Shown: positions 28,035-42,372 of the stretch, in pieces
Layout of the letters: each line of letters begins with the position of its first letter
Position numbering within the stretch: position 1 is the stretch's first letter
DNA from: the human T2T-CHM13v2.0 reference genome, Homo sapiens
Direction: 5' to 3' (one strand)
Assembly: GCF_009914755.1 (NCBI RefSeq)
Contig: NC_060926.1
DNA length: 64,000 nucleotides
The notes under the pieces: model-generated
Told to the model about the DNA's origin: nothing
Databases searched by the model: none
Seen by the model: only the letters and a program-made list of their open reading frames with translations
Position numbers and translations under genes: made by a program

Positions 28035-29450
28035 TAATTTTGAATCACTTTCAAACTTACAGAAAAATTACAGATAGTTTTAAAAATTATTTGATGATAA
28101 ATTTTTAACTGAATCCTTCATCACCCTGGGGTGTGTAGTGTATTCTTTGTATACACAGGGCTATTTTCCTACATAACCATGACACAGCCATGGGATCAGG
28201 AAACTTGTGTCGATATAGTCCTGCCATCTAACTCAACACCAATCATTGTAAATGTCTTTTACAGAAAAGGATCTATTTCAGAGTTGGACATGCTATTAGT
28301 TGCAATATTGCATTCCTGTCCTACAACTTAAAACAACTCCCCAGGCTTATATAAGCTTAACGTTTTTGAAGACTGTGCATTTGTTATTTTACAGGATGAC
28401 TCTTGGTTTGGAGCCATCTGATATTTGCTCATGATGGTGTGCAGGTCTGAATCTTTGGCAGGAAAATCACAGAAGTGACGTTCTGCTCTCACTGCACCCT
28501 AAATGCCAGCACAAGCTTGGACCCCTCCTGCTACTCAGGAGGTTAACTTTCATCACCTGATCAAGGGGGTGTCTCTCAGGCTTCTCCATTTTTAACTCAC
28601 TCTTTCATATTTTGTAATGAATAAATATGCTGTGGGGTGGTGCTTTGACACTATAAATATTCTGTTTCTTAACAAACATGTAAGTTATTTACTTATTTAT
28701 TTATCAGTAGGAACTTGTATTTTCCATTTTAGTCAATGGATTATAAACCATTACTGTCAGCCTTTATTTTGATGTTCAAATTTCCGTCATGTTTATATCA
28801 CATCATAATATCGCCAACACTTCATGCTGGCTTCTGCATCCATTTGACATGTTCCTATCCTTTTTTAAGAACCTCATTACTTGCTGGTACAAGATGTTTC
28901 AGGCTGATTTTGTTCTTTCCCTGATCAGCTGTTTCTCTGAGAATCCCTGATTTCTTTTTATTCCCCTATTGTGCTATTGAACACTGAAACTTTTTTCTGT
29001 GATCTAAACGGTGTTTTTGCACCCATTATCCAACTTCCCTTTAAACTCCCCTCCCACTTCCCTTTTTGGCCCTGATTTTTTTTTTAGCAGAAACTTACAT
29101 TTATAATTAAAGCCTGGCATTATCTGTGCCCAAGGCTTCAGGTGCCTTCCTGAGTTCAGGCCTTGTCAGTGGGCACAGCCAGAGAGTATGTACATATTGA
29201 CACACACATATACACATTTACAGTTGTATGCATTTCCAGATCTATCTCTATGTTTATATGTAAAAGACTTGGGAGTCTGCACAGATAATTCTGATTCCAG
29301 TCCAACTCTATAGGATTCATTCTGGTTTCCACCCCACCCCCAGTCTTTCCATGTTTGCAATTCCCTTTTCAACAGTGAGAAATCCAACTTCCATTCTGCT
29401 AGAAACATATAGTTATTTTACAATGTTATTTGCTCAATCCTCTTGTGTGG
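28035..29450 (-). mobile_element. L1MC-like 3' region, with a small L1MA/PB-like piece at ~28960-29070
   Basis: ttttgaatcactttcaaacttacagaaaaatt; tttggcaggaaaatcacagaagtga; aagatgtttcaggctgattttg; ataattctgattccagtccaac. Confidence 0.6.
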
Positions 29451-30618
29451 AACTGACCTCCAGTCACTTCCGCCAATCCTTCCATGCATGAATCCAGTCC
29501 ACCACGCTTGGGCGGGCATCCACCTTCCTCCTTGACATCCTCTTTACCCACCTCAGTCTCTGAGACCTGCCCTGACTGGTGCCTTCCTCCCCATCTTCAG
29601 ACGCTGAGAGTGGCTCTGAGCTACACAGCTGCCATTCTTTCCACCTACCTGGATGACCTCCCATGGCATTGCCTACAAGCTTTAAGATTGAATCGTTGAG
29701 GAAGGAAGGGACAGGGATGATGGAGGAGGAAAGAAAAAGCCTCCAAAACTCTGCAATGGCATTTCCCAAAATAGTGATTTAGGTTTTCTTAAGATTATTG
29801 GGAGTCACAAACATTCTTATTTGAGAGGCTATAGGCCCCCAAATGGCAATAGGCAGCAGCTGAATGGGGGAAGGTAACTTTTATTTTTACATCTTACATT
29901 TCTCTTTTCTATGATTAAATTTAATGATAATCATTGAAACGTACCAGAGAAAGGGAAGTTATCTCCTAAGGGCACTACTATCAGGCGTGCAAATATCTAA
30001 CCATTATACAAGGTCAAGGGAATCCTGAATCATTTCCCAAATGCAGAGTGATGGAGAAATCTCATATGGGAGCATGGGGGAGCCTGCGATTGACTCATAT
30101 TGAGTAGGCAATGAGGGACAGTGTCCTTAACCATTCAACAGCTGGTTTGTCACTTTTAAGTTAAATCAGCTTTCAGTAGGCAGAGAAGGGTCAAAGGCAA
30201 CTGCAGCCTGGAGGAAGAACCTATGCAGGCACCCACAGGGAGAAACGAAGTGGCCTTTCGTTACTTCCTGGAGAGCAACATCAGGAAGAGTGTGATAATT
30301 TGAGGGAAAATCTTTATAACCATAAGGTGTGTGTGTGTTTGGATGTGGCCATGTGACTGAGTGGCAGATGGGTTACTGTACATGGATGTGTTTGTTTGTG
30401 GAGTGTGTGTGTTTGTGAGAGAGAGAGATATGCTACAGTGGAAACCAGGAGAGCTCCTCACCTGAAGGAAAGGTTCAAACTTAACGACATCTACTTTGTC
30501 TCTTTGAGGTTAAGATAACTCAGATGTTGAAGAAGCCCTGTCCTGAGTTAAATCAGGGTAGCACGTAAACATGTGATCCTTGCACATGTCAAAGGAGGAC
30601 TTCCATCCCATCATGCAT

Positions 30619-31004
30619 GGAGGAGGAGGAAGAGAAAAAGGAGGAGGAGGAGACGAGGAGGAGGAGAAGGAGGAGAACAAGGAGGAGGAGGAGAACGAGG
30701 AGGAGGAGAACGAGGAGGAGGAGGAGGAGAACAAGGAGGAGGAGGAGGAGAACAAGGAGGAGGAGGAGAACGAGGAGGAGGAGAACAAGGAGGAGGAGGA
30801 GGAAGAGGAGAAAAAGGAGGAGGAGGAGAACAAGGAGGAGGAGGAGGAGAACAAGGAGGAGGAGGAAGAGGAGAAAAAGGAGGAGGAGGAGAACAAGGAG
30901 GAGGAGGAGAACAAGGAGGAGGAGGAGGAAGAGGAGAAAAAGGAGGAGGAGGAGGTGGAAGAGGGGAAAAAGGAGGAGGAGGAGGAGACGAGGAAGAGGA
31001 GGAG
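30619..31004. repeat. Purine-rich (GAG)n compound repeat with AAC/AAG/AAA interruptions
   Basis: Units gaggaggag...gagaacaag; source of spurious poly-E/R/G ORFs. Confidence 0.97.
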
Positions 31005-31869
31005 CCTCTGATTTGTGTGACTTTCCACTGGAATGGTTAATGTTTATTGAAGGAACTCTCTCTTTCTAGCTTTGATTTTAAGCATACATCATAGCAAGTG
31101 AGAGAATATAATACAGTGAAAAAAACTAAACACACAAGAACTATCATAGCAATTCTTTGTATTTTTTTGATGCACACATATAAACTTTTAGATTTGAGTT
31201 TTGTTTCAGACAGCTGGGCAAGGCATCTACATTCTAGCACACTGTCTTAGCAATCATCAAACAAGTGAAAAGTTACTTATATAACAAAGACAAAGGGAAA
31301 ACTACGTAAGTGTCTAACACCAAATTTGCATCCTTCGATAAATTATCTTACAAAATATCAAACTTGTTCTTCCACTGTTTTACTTGTTGAAATTAAAAAA
31401 AGCACATTTAAAAATCTATAAGCTGGTACAGCAATTTAAGATCATTGTTTTTACATACTAAGTCTTTCAAATAAATTACACAAATTTAAGGTTTTTTTTT
31501 TTAAATAAAAGGTTCTACAGTATTCAAAGACCTAAACAACTGAAGAAAAAGCATGACATACACATTTCATTGACCCCACCTTCTTGTATCAATCTGTTGT
31601 TTCTCTTTTCTTATGTTCTTCCCATTTTCCTTTTTACCACAAATTTATTAAATACCTTCAATGCATCTGGAGCTCTGCTAGGCATTGAGGGTAAAACATT
31701 CAAAATGATATTCTCTACCAGAATAGTTCACAATGCAAAATAGAAATAGACAAACATTAAATATCTATGTCATTTTTCCTATATAAAATAATAAATGCTA
31801 AATTAGGTAAAACAACATACTTAGAAAACTCACACATGCTTCACATTTTCAACACCTGAACACATCTAA

Positions 31870-31980
31870 TATATGATTATATTATATATAATATATATAA
31901 TGTATATTATACATAATATATAATATATATAATATAATATATAATATTATATATAAATTGTATACACACACACACACACA
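31870..31980. repeat. AT-rich low complexity plus (CA)n microsatellite
   Basis: Seen directly. Confidence 0.9.
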
Positions 31981-33339
31981 GTAAATGAGGGTAGAAGTTG
32001 TCCTATTCACCATCCAAGGATCCATGCATCAGGCAAGATATTTTTAACAGGCCGAAATGGCCCTTTAAAGAAAGCAATCCCTTGGTTTCCTGAGAAGAAG
32101 CCAAGTGCCTAAAGGTAGAGTAATCTTTCGTTTTACCTAGGAAAAGTAAATAGATCTTCACACAATCAATTAAAATAGGATTATACTCATACACCAGAAG
32201 TTGTCTGTTTTTCATGACATTTCTGCTGTAAACCTTCAAGGTTAGTGAATCTCAGGCTGCAAAGTTTGTAGCTTTATGACTTGTTTGAGAGTATAATGGC
32301 TATTCTCATCTAGAAGCGCTTATAACAAGAAAACAAGGCAAAACCAAAAACAAAAACAAAACTCATCTGCAAGGCAAAACTCATGTACCTGGATGAGGGG
32401 AGACAACAGGGAAACTGCAGGGCACAATCAAAGAGACCCTAGAGGTAGGCCAATCTATAACTTTAGGATTTATGTCCCATCAGATTTGACTCAGCCACTC
32501 CTGTGGGTTTCTGTATCTTCTTCTTCTTGCAAATTCTGTCTTCAATCTGTAACAGAAAACTCACTCATGCTAAGGTGTGGTAAAAGTGGGCTGCAATCAC
32601 CAACAGCATAGCAATGGCCCTTGGATTTCTCTAACTTAGGCACTGCGGCCTGGAACTCTTTTGTCTTTGGAAATTTGGGTTATAATCTAGATTTTTGGCA
32701 AGAAGCAGTTGGCTGGAAATCTTGCCTGATGAGATTTTCTCTCTTCTCTGCTCACCCTCTTCATCTGCGAAGAAAGGACACTCCATACTCACCCAGCTCT
32801 GAGAAGCAAGTCAAGTTTGCTCTTGTTTCCTGTTTAACTTTTTCCTCTGAAAGCTAGCTAGGAATGTTTGGATACACTCTGCCATGTTGCTGGCCATTTT
32901 CTGGAAACTGCACCTGTTTCATTGGGAGTGAAACATCTGACTTTATTGTGGCCAGCTTAGGTTGTAGTAAGGACCCTCAGTCCTAACCTCCTGCTAGTAT
33001 CTGCCCTGAGTCACAGAAGCACCCGGGATGCTGAGTGACCAGGGACTCTGAAACTGCTCCAATTGTCTTTCTAAGAATATTTTGCTTTACTTTAGTGTGT
33101 TCTAGGCTTTAGGAAGAAAAACAGATACTCTATTGCCACTAGCAAGATAGGAATCCAGGGATGACAAGGAATGCAGCCCCACAGCAATGATTCTACCAAG
33201 GAATTCTGTCCTCAAGTCTTCCAGTACATTAACTGTTTGAGATCTGACACAAAAACAAGGGCCTACAAGAGGTTAGAAATTCTGTGAGTTCCTGAGTGCC
33301 TTGGACTATAGAATCATGACCTGGACAACTCTTCTATCT

Positions 33340-33895
33340 TGTATTAGTCAGGGTTCTCTATAGGGACAGAACTAATAGGATATATGTATACATGAAGCAT
33401 AGTTTATTAAGGAGTATTGACTCACACGATCACAAGGTGAAGTCCCAAAATAGGCTATCCCCAAGCTGAGGAGCAGGGAAGCCAGTCTGAGTCCCCAAAT
33501 CTCAAAAGTAGGGAAGCCGACAATGTAGCCTTCAGTCTGTGGTCGAAGACCTGAGAGCCTCTGGCAAACCACTGGTGTAAGTTCAAGAGTCCAAAAGCTG
33601 AAGAACTTGGAGTCTGATGTTCGAGGGCTGGAAGCATCCATCATGGGAGAAAGATGGAGGCCAGAAGACTCAGCCAGTCTAGTCCTTCCACATTCTTCTG
33701 CATGCTTTATCCTCACCATGCTGGCAGCAGATTGGATGGTGCCTACCCAGACTGAGGGTGGTTCTGCCTCTCTCAGTCCACTGACTCAAATGGTAATTTT
33801 CTTTTGTCACCACCCTCACAGACACACCCAGGAACAATACTTTGCATATACATCCATCCTTCAATCCAATTAAGTTGACAATATTAACCATCATA
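33340..33895 (-). mobile_element. HERV-L solo LTR (MLT2A2-like)
   Basis: tgtattagtcagggttctct...tattaaccatcata; perfect 5-bp TSD tatct at 33335-33339 and 33896-33900; ~555 bp. Confidence 0.92.
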
Positions 33896-34383
33896 TATCT
33901 TAAGGGAAAAAGGCTAGAGATCCACATTATTTGTTACCTTCTCTGAGTCAGCTATTGTCTATCTTTATTCTTGTATTTAACTTTCACAACATTGTCCTGT
34001 AGTTTTTATTATTTCCATTTTACAGGTGAGAAAAATGAAATTTATTAAAGTTAAAATAATAAATTTAATAAAGTTGAAAAGGACACACAGCCTATGACAC
34101 TTCCAATATAACATAATGCTTTCCTAGAAAGCCCCCGGTACATCTCATCTGAGCTAACATTCAATTTCCACCCCAGCACTTACTTTGTTGCTTTATAACA
34201 ATGACTTAATATCTTAACATGATTGGATGGATTAGCCATTGGACAAAACAAAAACAAAAAACCCGAAGACAAAAGAAAAAGTATTTATTGTGTTAGTTTA
34301 CACCTTAAAACTTTAACTATGGACAGTGGAAGTGGATAGCCCAGTTCCTACCCATATCTAATCCTAGATTTTGACTGGCCTGA

Positions 34384-34727
34384 TTTTATGGACTGAATGT
34401 TTGTGTCCCTCCAAAATTCCTGTTTTCTAATCCTCACTCTCACTGTAATGGTATTAGGAGGTGGGGCCTATGGAAGGTAATTAGGTCAATAGGGTAGAAT
34501 CATGAGAGACCCCAGAGAGGCCTCCTGTCCCCTTTCTGCCACATGAGGACACAGAAAGAAGACAATCAATCAGCTATGAAGCAAGAAGCAGCCCTCACAG
34601 GACACCGGATCTGCCAGTGCCTTGATCTTGGACTTCCCAGTCTCCAGAGCTGTACGAAATTAATGTTTGTTGTTTAAGTCACTCGGTGACTGATACTTTG
34701 TTATAACAGCCCAGACTGACTAAGATA
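34384..34727 (+). mobile_element. MLT1A0-like MaLR solo LTR
   Basis: tatggactgaatgtttgtgtccc...gccttgatcttggacttccc...gactgactaagata. Confidence 0.85.
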
Positions 34728-35989
34728 CCTCCTGTCAGGTATAACCCCCTGCCTAGAACCCTAATTTTAGGTACAGAGAGATTTTCCAGTCCACTTAAGT
34801 TCATATTTCAAAAATGTTCATTCTTAAAGCAGACAATTCTAAGAATATTATTGTAGAAAATGTTATGTAATTCAATTTTTACTAAAAAGTTTGAGAGCAA
34901 ATGACTGTTCCTGCTACCAGTCTTCCAAAATAAAATATTGATGTTTAAAACTCTGTATGGTAAGTAAGTAGTGAATGATAACAAAAAAACAAACAGACCA
35001 ACAACTCTTGGAAATTGAAGTAATAACAACAATGATCATAAGACTATTGTGGTTATAAAGAAGTATATTGCTATAATGTGAATAAAAGGTCTAGAAAATA
35101 GCTTAACTGCCCACATTAGCATGTGTATCCTGAGGTAAGAGTTACATCCATTACCATTGTTTTATTTCTTGTGTGTGTTGTGACATAGTTTCTATTTTTA
35201 GTGAGTGAAATTCAATAGAGTGCAGAGTTTGAATAAACAGATCCCAAATGAATAGCAGATATAATTGATTATATTAATTATTGTATATTTTTAAAATCAA
35301 AGTGGCATTATAATTTAAAGCTATGGAAGAAATTTCAGTTGAAAGACTAGTAAAGGAAAAGTAAGTTATATCTGCTATTTTTATTTCTCCACATAGAGTA
35401 TTTCTGTTTACTAATACAGTTTTCACCTATTTGTCCAGCATTATTTGGCAAAGAGATTATTTAGGTATGTTAAAATATTTTCAGTAACTAAAATTTTGGC
35501 ATTTAATACAATATTAACAGTTTTTATGAAAGTAATTCCAACATTTATTGTACATATGTCTATATTTTTAATCAATGTTGTGAGAGGTCTTTATCTCCAT
35601 TTTAAATATGGACAATTCACAGGGCTACTATCATGGGCTACTGAAAGATGTTGGACTACTTCCCTTTGACCACCTATTCTCAGATTCTTCGGGATTTAAG
35701 TATCTTCTCTGAATCATACCTTTGATGTCCAGTGTACCTGTTGCTGTCTGTTAGTGTTCTGTCTTTTAGTTTGCTTTATCCATATCTAGCTTATTGAATG
35801 AAGTGTGTTGACTTCATGGCAGTCAAATGGCTCGGCAGACCTTCTCCTTTATGTAGAATGCATGCGTTCCAGATATATGGCATTGCTGTAAGTTTGACCC
35901 ACTCAGTAGTCATACATTACTATACTTCTTAATGGTTACATTCACTAAATTATACTAATGCCATATAACAAAATGCATGTCAGCCACAT

Positions 35990-37010
35990 TCTTTGGCCAT
36001 ACTTGAAAACTTGGAGTCATTCTTGACTCATCTCTCCTGTTCATATTCTTGCCATTTTTTAAAGAATGAAATGATACTCATATTCATTCTTTCTGCTGCC
36101 ATAATACTTATTCAAGATTCTGCCAGCTCCATTTATGAATGGACAGAGTTTCTGTCTTCAATGGCCTTTCACAATCTGTCCCTAATAGCTACCCATGACA
36201 GTCACCACCATTTTCTTTTCCTGTGGACTCTGTGCTAAACACAACAGAAAACCTTCAATTTCCCAGTCTGTCATGTGTGTTGATAATGCATTAGCTCCAG
36301 GTGTCACCTCTGCCTGTGTCCTGAATGGAAAGCAATAAAGACACATCTAAGCCTCACTTTGTGATCATATGCTTTAAAATCCTCACCTATTCTTCCTGGG
36401 TTTATTATCTTGGTTAATGGTACCTCCATCCATCAACCTCCAACTCTGGATATTCAATAACCCTCATATCAAAGCCCTACTCATGCCTTTTCACATTCAT
36501 GTAATCTTGTCATTTTTAATGCAGAATTCTAGGTACTGTTCCTTTTATCCATCCCATCACTGTTTCTACTCCTTAGGTTATTATAAGTCTTCCTAACTTG
36601 CTCCAGAGCTGTGTTTCTAGGCTTACCATGAGAAATCCCTTCCTAAAAAGCAATCTGATCATGCCACTCTGCATGTAAATATTTTTGTTGTCTCCTCTTG
36701 TGCATAGAATAAAGCATAAACTTGTTAGAAGGGTATTATAAGGCCTTCAAATTTTACCTAGTCTCCAATTCCTCTCTGGCCATTCCCCAAAGCAAATATC
36801 TGCTGAGCTGACACGTTTTTCTTATATGGCTCCCCAGAATATGGCAAGCCTTGCCACAACATCATGCATTTCTACATGCAAATATTTATGCCACCATTGC
36901 TCTCTTCCCCACATGGAAAACTCCATTCATCTATCAAAACCTGCATAAAACGTCACCTGCTCATGAAGCGCTTTGAGACTCCCATAGCAGAAGTGATCAC
37001 TTCCTCCTCA
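35990..37010. mobile_element. Decayed L2 fragments
   Basis: aaaacttggagtcattcttgactc; ttcctaaaaagcaatctgatcatgccactct. Confidence 0.55.
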
Positions 37011-37015
37011 GTGCC

Positions 37016-37377
37016 TGATGTGTTTTGGCTGTGTCTCCACCCAAATCTCATCTTGAATTGTAGTTCCCATAATTCCCACGTGTTGTGTGAGGGATCTGGT
37101 GGGAAATAATTGAATCATAGAGGCAGTATCCCCCATACTGTTCTCATGGTAGTGAATAAGTCTCACAGGATCTGATGGTTTTATAAGGGGAAACCCCTTT
37201 CACTTGGTTCTCATTCTCTCTTGTCTGCCGCCATGTAAGACATGGCTTTTGCCTTCTGACATGATTGTGAGGCCTTCCCAGCCATGTGGAACTGTGAGAA
37301 CATTAAACCACTTTTTCTTTACAAATTACCCAGTCTCAGATATGTCTTTATCAGCAGCATGAAAATGGACTAATACA
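37016..37377 (+). mobile_element. THE1 (B/C-like) solo LTR
   Basis: tgatgtgttttggctgtgtc...ggactaataca; TSD gtgcc at 37011-37015 and 37378-37382. Confidence 0.95.
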
Positions 37378-38982
37378 GTGCCCCAGTAACAGTCTGTGCA
37401 CACTCTTGTTAAAGTATTTACCCCATGATGGCATTGATATTTGATTCTGTGCCCTTCTGTCCTATGTGACTTTGTTAGAGTGAAGTATGTTATTCATTTC
37501 TGTTTCTAAGCAATTGTAAATGCTTGAGGGTATGAGGTGCCTGCTCACTGAAAGTTCATTATGGTGTAAACAGTGCTCATTACTGCATGACCCATAGGTT
37601 GCTTAAGAGAGAGAAAGGTTTCCTCCACAAAACTGCACCCAACAAAATTGCATTTTCTTTGGATCTGTGCATGGTCTGTGAGGAGTGGGAGCAGGAAGAC
37701 CCAGCCCAGCTGTTTTAAGAGCCTCCACCTCATGGCCCATGTGTTCACATCTGCAGGAGGAACATGGTGTGTGCTGTTCACTCTCCTCCCTGGGCAGTCA
37801 ATCTAGGTGAGCAGCATTTCTATACTTTCATTCATGCATTATGGCCAAGGATAAAAGACTTATTGAAAAATCAAAACAACTGGTTTTGCTCACGTAGGGT
37901 CTTTTGTTTGTGGTTTGCAAGTCAAACACTCTTTTTCTCAAGCTTCAGATAGGAATGGTCCCCAGGAAAAATATCATCTTTCTTTTTCTACCATCAGCAC
38001 ACTTGCTAGTGTAATATAAGTGTGATTGTTGTAGCAACAATTTTGAGACTGTCAGAAAGCAGATGAGTCTCTCTGTGTGAATTTCAGACCTTGATCCATA
38101 CATCCTCCAGAATAAACACAGATAGAAAAACCAAGGGACATTAGTATGCTCAGCAGGCAAACATCAATTTCTGTGCTGAAGGGCTCACTGCAGAATGATA
38201 CCATTTCTCAGGAACACAAATAGCATATGTTCTAGGCAGAGGCCACAGATGCAAAGCTAATATCTCTGGATGTACTAACCTGTGGAACATGAGTGGGGAA
38301 TGAAAGAACCCCATTAGTGCCTGTGCCTGCTGGGGAAAGAGCAGACCAGAGCCCCTGAGAACTCCTGTGGATTAGGCATTTCATAGGATGAACACAGCAT
38401 CCAGGCTCAGGGACAAATTCCACAGAGAAGTTTGACAAAGCATGGATATGATGCTCACTGCTGTCTTGGGGGTCTATTTCTGTAAAACAAGCCGTACTGA
38501 GCCCACTGCCCTCCTTCAAAACATTCCTCTGTCCAATGACCCCCAGTGAGGTGGCTGCAGAATAGATGAGGTCATGTCTCATTAGTAATTAAAGTCTTAC
38601 ATCACATTAAATAGCCACTATGTACTTTAGTATTAATAATCGTTCTAGTAATAATCATACTATACTAAAAATAGTACTAGTAATAGTTATCAGTAATAGA
38701 AACATACCAGTTGGCATTGCTATGGTGCCATACAGTTTTGTTTAGTATTTTTACATGTAAAATCTCATTATGACTCTCAAAAACATGTCAGCATCATGTT
38801 TTTTTCTCATCCCCATTTTAAAAGTAAGGAGACTGATACATTGAAGCACTTAATTGCCTAAGAGTACTGCTATTGCAGGGCTGAATTGGGTCCTGAAACT
38901 AGTTACCATGATTGTCTGTCTCATGGTCCTCCTGCAGTTCACACATGAACTAACCTACTGAAATATTTGATAGCCAGTACAT

Positions 38983-41290
38983 TGCATTAGGCTAGTCTTT
39001 CATTGCTTTCAAAAAATTCCTGAGACTGAATAATTCAATAAAGAAAAAAGGTTTAATTGGCTCATGGTTCTGCAGGCTGCAGAAACATGGTGTTGCTATC
39101 TGCTTAGCTTCTGGGGCGGCCTCAGGGCGCTTTTACTCATGGCAGAAAGTGAAGCAGGAGCAGGCACTTCGCTTGTCTTAAGCAGGAGCAAGGGGGTGGG
39201 CAGGAGCCACACACTTTCAGGAAACCAGATCTCCTGAGAATTTACTCACTATCTCAAGGACAGCACCAAGCCATGAGGGATCTATTCCCATTACCCAAAC
39301 ACCTCCCACCAAGCCCAAGCCCAACATTGCAAATTCAACATGAGAATTTGTAGGGCACATATTCCAACTATATAATTCTGTCCATGGTCCCTCCAAACCT
39401 CATGCATGTCCTTCTCATATTGCAAAATACAATCATACTTTCCCAACAGTCCCTCAAAGTCTTAAGTTGCTCCAGCATAAACTCAAAAGTTCTAAGTCCC
39501 AAGTTCAAATCCAAAGTCTTATCTGGAGATGAGTTTATTCTACCTACAAGCCTGTAAAATCAAAACAAGTTACTTACCTCGAAGACATAATGGAGGTACC
39601 AACATTGGCTACAAATTCCCATTTCAAAAGTCAGAAATTGGCCAGAAGGAAGAGGCTACAGGCCTCACACAATTCTGAAACCTAAAGCTTCATAGTAGTC
39701 TCCTTTGACTTCATGTCCCACATCTTGGGCACACTGGTGCAAAGAATAGGCTCCCAAGGCCTCGAGCAGCTCCACCCCTACGTCTTCGCAGGGTTCAGCA
39801 CCATGACTGCTCTCACAGGTCATTGACTGCACGCAACTTTTCCAGGTAGGTGCTGGCTGAAACCTGCCAGTGGAGCTTCCATTCTGGGTTCTGGAGGATG
39901 ATGTCCTCCTTTCCACAGCTCCACTAGATGGTGCCCCAGTGGAAACTCTGTGTGAGGACTCCAACCTCATAGTTCCCCTCCACACTATCTTAGCAAAGGT
40001 ACTCTGTGAGGGTTTCACCTCTGTGGCAGGCTTCTGCCTGAGCACTCAGGCTTTCTCATACATCCTCTGAAATCTGGGTGCAGTTGGTGAAGCCTTCACT
40101 CTTGCACTCTTTGCGCTCACAAGCTTAATACCACATGGAAGCTACCAAGGCTTTTGGCTTGCATTCTTCAAAGTGGCAGCTCAAACTCTACCTGGGTCCC
40201 TTTGAGCCCTGGTAGGAGGTGGAGCAGCCAGGATGTGGGGAGCAGTGTTCCAACATTGTTCAGGGCAGCAGGGCTTGGCCCAGGAAACCATTCTTCCTTC
40301 CTAGGCCTCTGGGCCTATGATGGAAGGGTCTGTGGTGAAGGTCTCTGAAATGCCTTTGAGGCCTTTTTCCCATTATCTTGGATATTAGTACTCGACTCCC
40401 CTTTAATTATGTAAAATCTCTAGTACATGGTTGCTCCGCAGCCTGCTTGAATCCCTCTCTTGAAAAAGCTTTGTCCTTCATTGCCACATGTCTAGCCTGC
40501 AAATTTTTCAAACTTTTATGCTCTGCTTTCTGTTTAAATATAAGTTCCAAAGGTAAATCATTTATTTGCTCCTGCATCTGAGTATAGGTTGTTAGAAAGA
40601 GCCAGGCCACATCTTGAATGTTTTCATGCTTAGAAATTATGTCCACCAGATATTCTGGGTCATTACTCTCAAGTTCAAACCTCATCAACCTGAATATCAC
40701 TATCCATATTACTATTTGCATTTTAGTCACAATCATTTAACCAGTCTTTAAGAAGTGGCAGACATTCTCTTATCTTCCTATCTTCATCTGAGCCCTCCAA
40801 ACTCTTTCAAACTCTGCTTGTTACCCAGTTCCAAAGCTGATTCCATATTTTCATGTATCTTTATAGCAATGCCTTGGTACCAGTTTTCTGTGTTAGGCTG
40901 TTCTTGCATTGCTATAAAGAAATACATGAGATTGGGTAATTCATAAGGAAAAGAATTTTGATTGCCTCACGTTTCTGCTGGCTATAAAAGCATGGCACCA
41001 CCATCTGCTTGGATTCTGGGGAGATCTCAGAGTACTTTTACTCATGGAAGAATGTGAAGCAGGAGCAGATACCTCACATAGTAAAAGCAGGAGCAAGAGG
41101 GTAGGAGGAGCCACAGAGTTTTAAGCAACCAGATCTTGTGGGAACAATAACTCACTCACTTTCTCAAGGACAGCACCAAGCCATGAGGAATCCACCCCCA
41201 TGACCCAAACACTTCCCAACAGGCCCCACATCCAACATTGGGGATTACAAATCAACATAGATTTGGAGGGGACATATTCTAACTATATTA
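38983..41290 (-). mobile_element. Two-LTR MSTB-like MaLR provirus: LTR 38983-39375, internal 39376-40888, LTR 40889-41290
   Basis: Two matching LTRs (aaggacagcaccaagccatgag); MaLR-int ORF remnants; flanks tacat / tatat. Confidence 0.9.
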
Positions 41291-41339
41291 TATATCAAGG
41301 CAAAATCCTTATCTGAAAGCAGAAAATGTATGGGAAGTT

Positions 41340-41861
41340 TGTTAGAAACAAATTTTCGGTGCTGTAAAAGAAATAGCACTGTAACATAAATTTTCTCATT
41401 AAGACAATTTTACTTTTATAGAAGGGTTGTCTCACAGATGGAGAAATGGCAAGAGCACAGGAAACAAAGGAAAGAAGGGGTTTTTATCTTTAACTCATAG
41501 ACCCTATCTCTGTGTCACTCCCCCATGGGCTGGGATCAGACTGCACAAACTAAACTGACCTGATTGGCTACTTGTGAATATTTTTTCCCAAATAAGGAAG
41601 GGGCAAGGGGAAGGTGAGTTACAGTGGTGTGACATGCAGTCTCAAAGGGTTGACATGTGGTTTTGAAGGGTGGAATGGGTACAGAGTGAGTAACCAAGGA
41701 AACAGATGTGAGTTATTGATTAACATTGATGGGAAGGTTATTTACAGTAACCGAGGCAAGGAGACATGGAGAATCAGAAAGTAAGGTTTGAGAACAAAGA
41801 ACAAGAAAGCTAACAGGCTGAACTTTGAAGAGAAACACAAAGAAATTTATTGTATCTTTCA
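41340..41861 (-). mobile_element. ERV1 solo LTR, LTR10-like
   Basis: tgttagaaacaaattttcggtgctg...aagagcacaggaaacaaagg...gtatctttca; TG...CA ends; short internal tandem repeat (tgacatg...aaggg twice). Confidence 0.6.
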
Positions 41862-42372
41862 ATTTTCATCTCAAATGCTTCCAACATGGTGCTGGATTTC
41901 CATCTCCAAGTCTATATTTACATTTTTAGACTTTCCAGTAAACCCCTGCATTTCCTGTGATTACATTCATTTTGTTGCTGTCCTGGAGGCTAAGATGACA
42001 TAGCAAAAAGTACTCTCTGTTCCTTCTTAATGAGCCAACTTCTGAAAGCAAAATGAGGCAGACACATTTAGGGTGGAAAACACATTCTTGAAGACAATAT
42101 TTTGCTAATTATGTGCAGTAGAGGGTCAATTTTCTGAATTTGAACTGCAAGAGAGAAACTTACCCTTTAATTATGGAAATGTTCCAGGGTGAGAGAAATG
42201 AAGGAGCTGGCACTATGCTACTCTCTAACACTAGCCTAGACAAAATGCCCAAGCTCCATAAGGGTCAGTCTGCAGAGATCTTGTCTTCCCATAGAAATTC
42301 TATCTTGTCTTCCAAGCACAGTCTAAGTGCCTTGGTTTGATTCCAGATTTTGATACTTTCAAAGTCTGTAAC

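Noticed and set aside
30510-31069. Acidic, Arg-rich and Gly-rich ORFs
   Set aside because: (GAG)n simple repeat; no domain or splice evidence.
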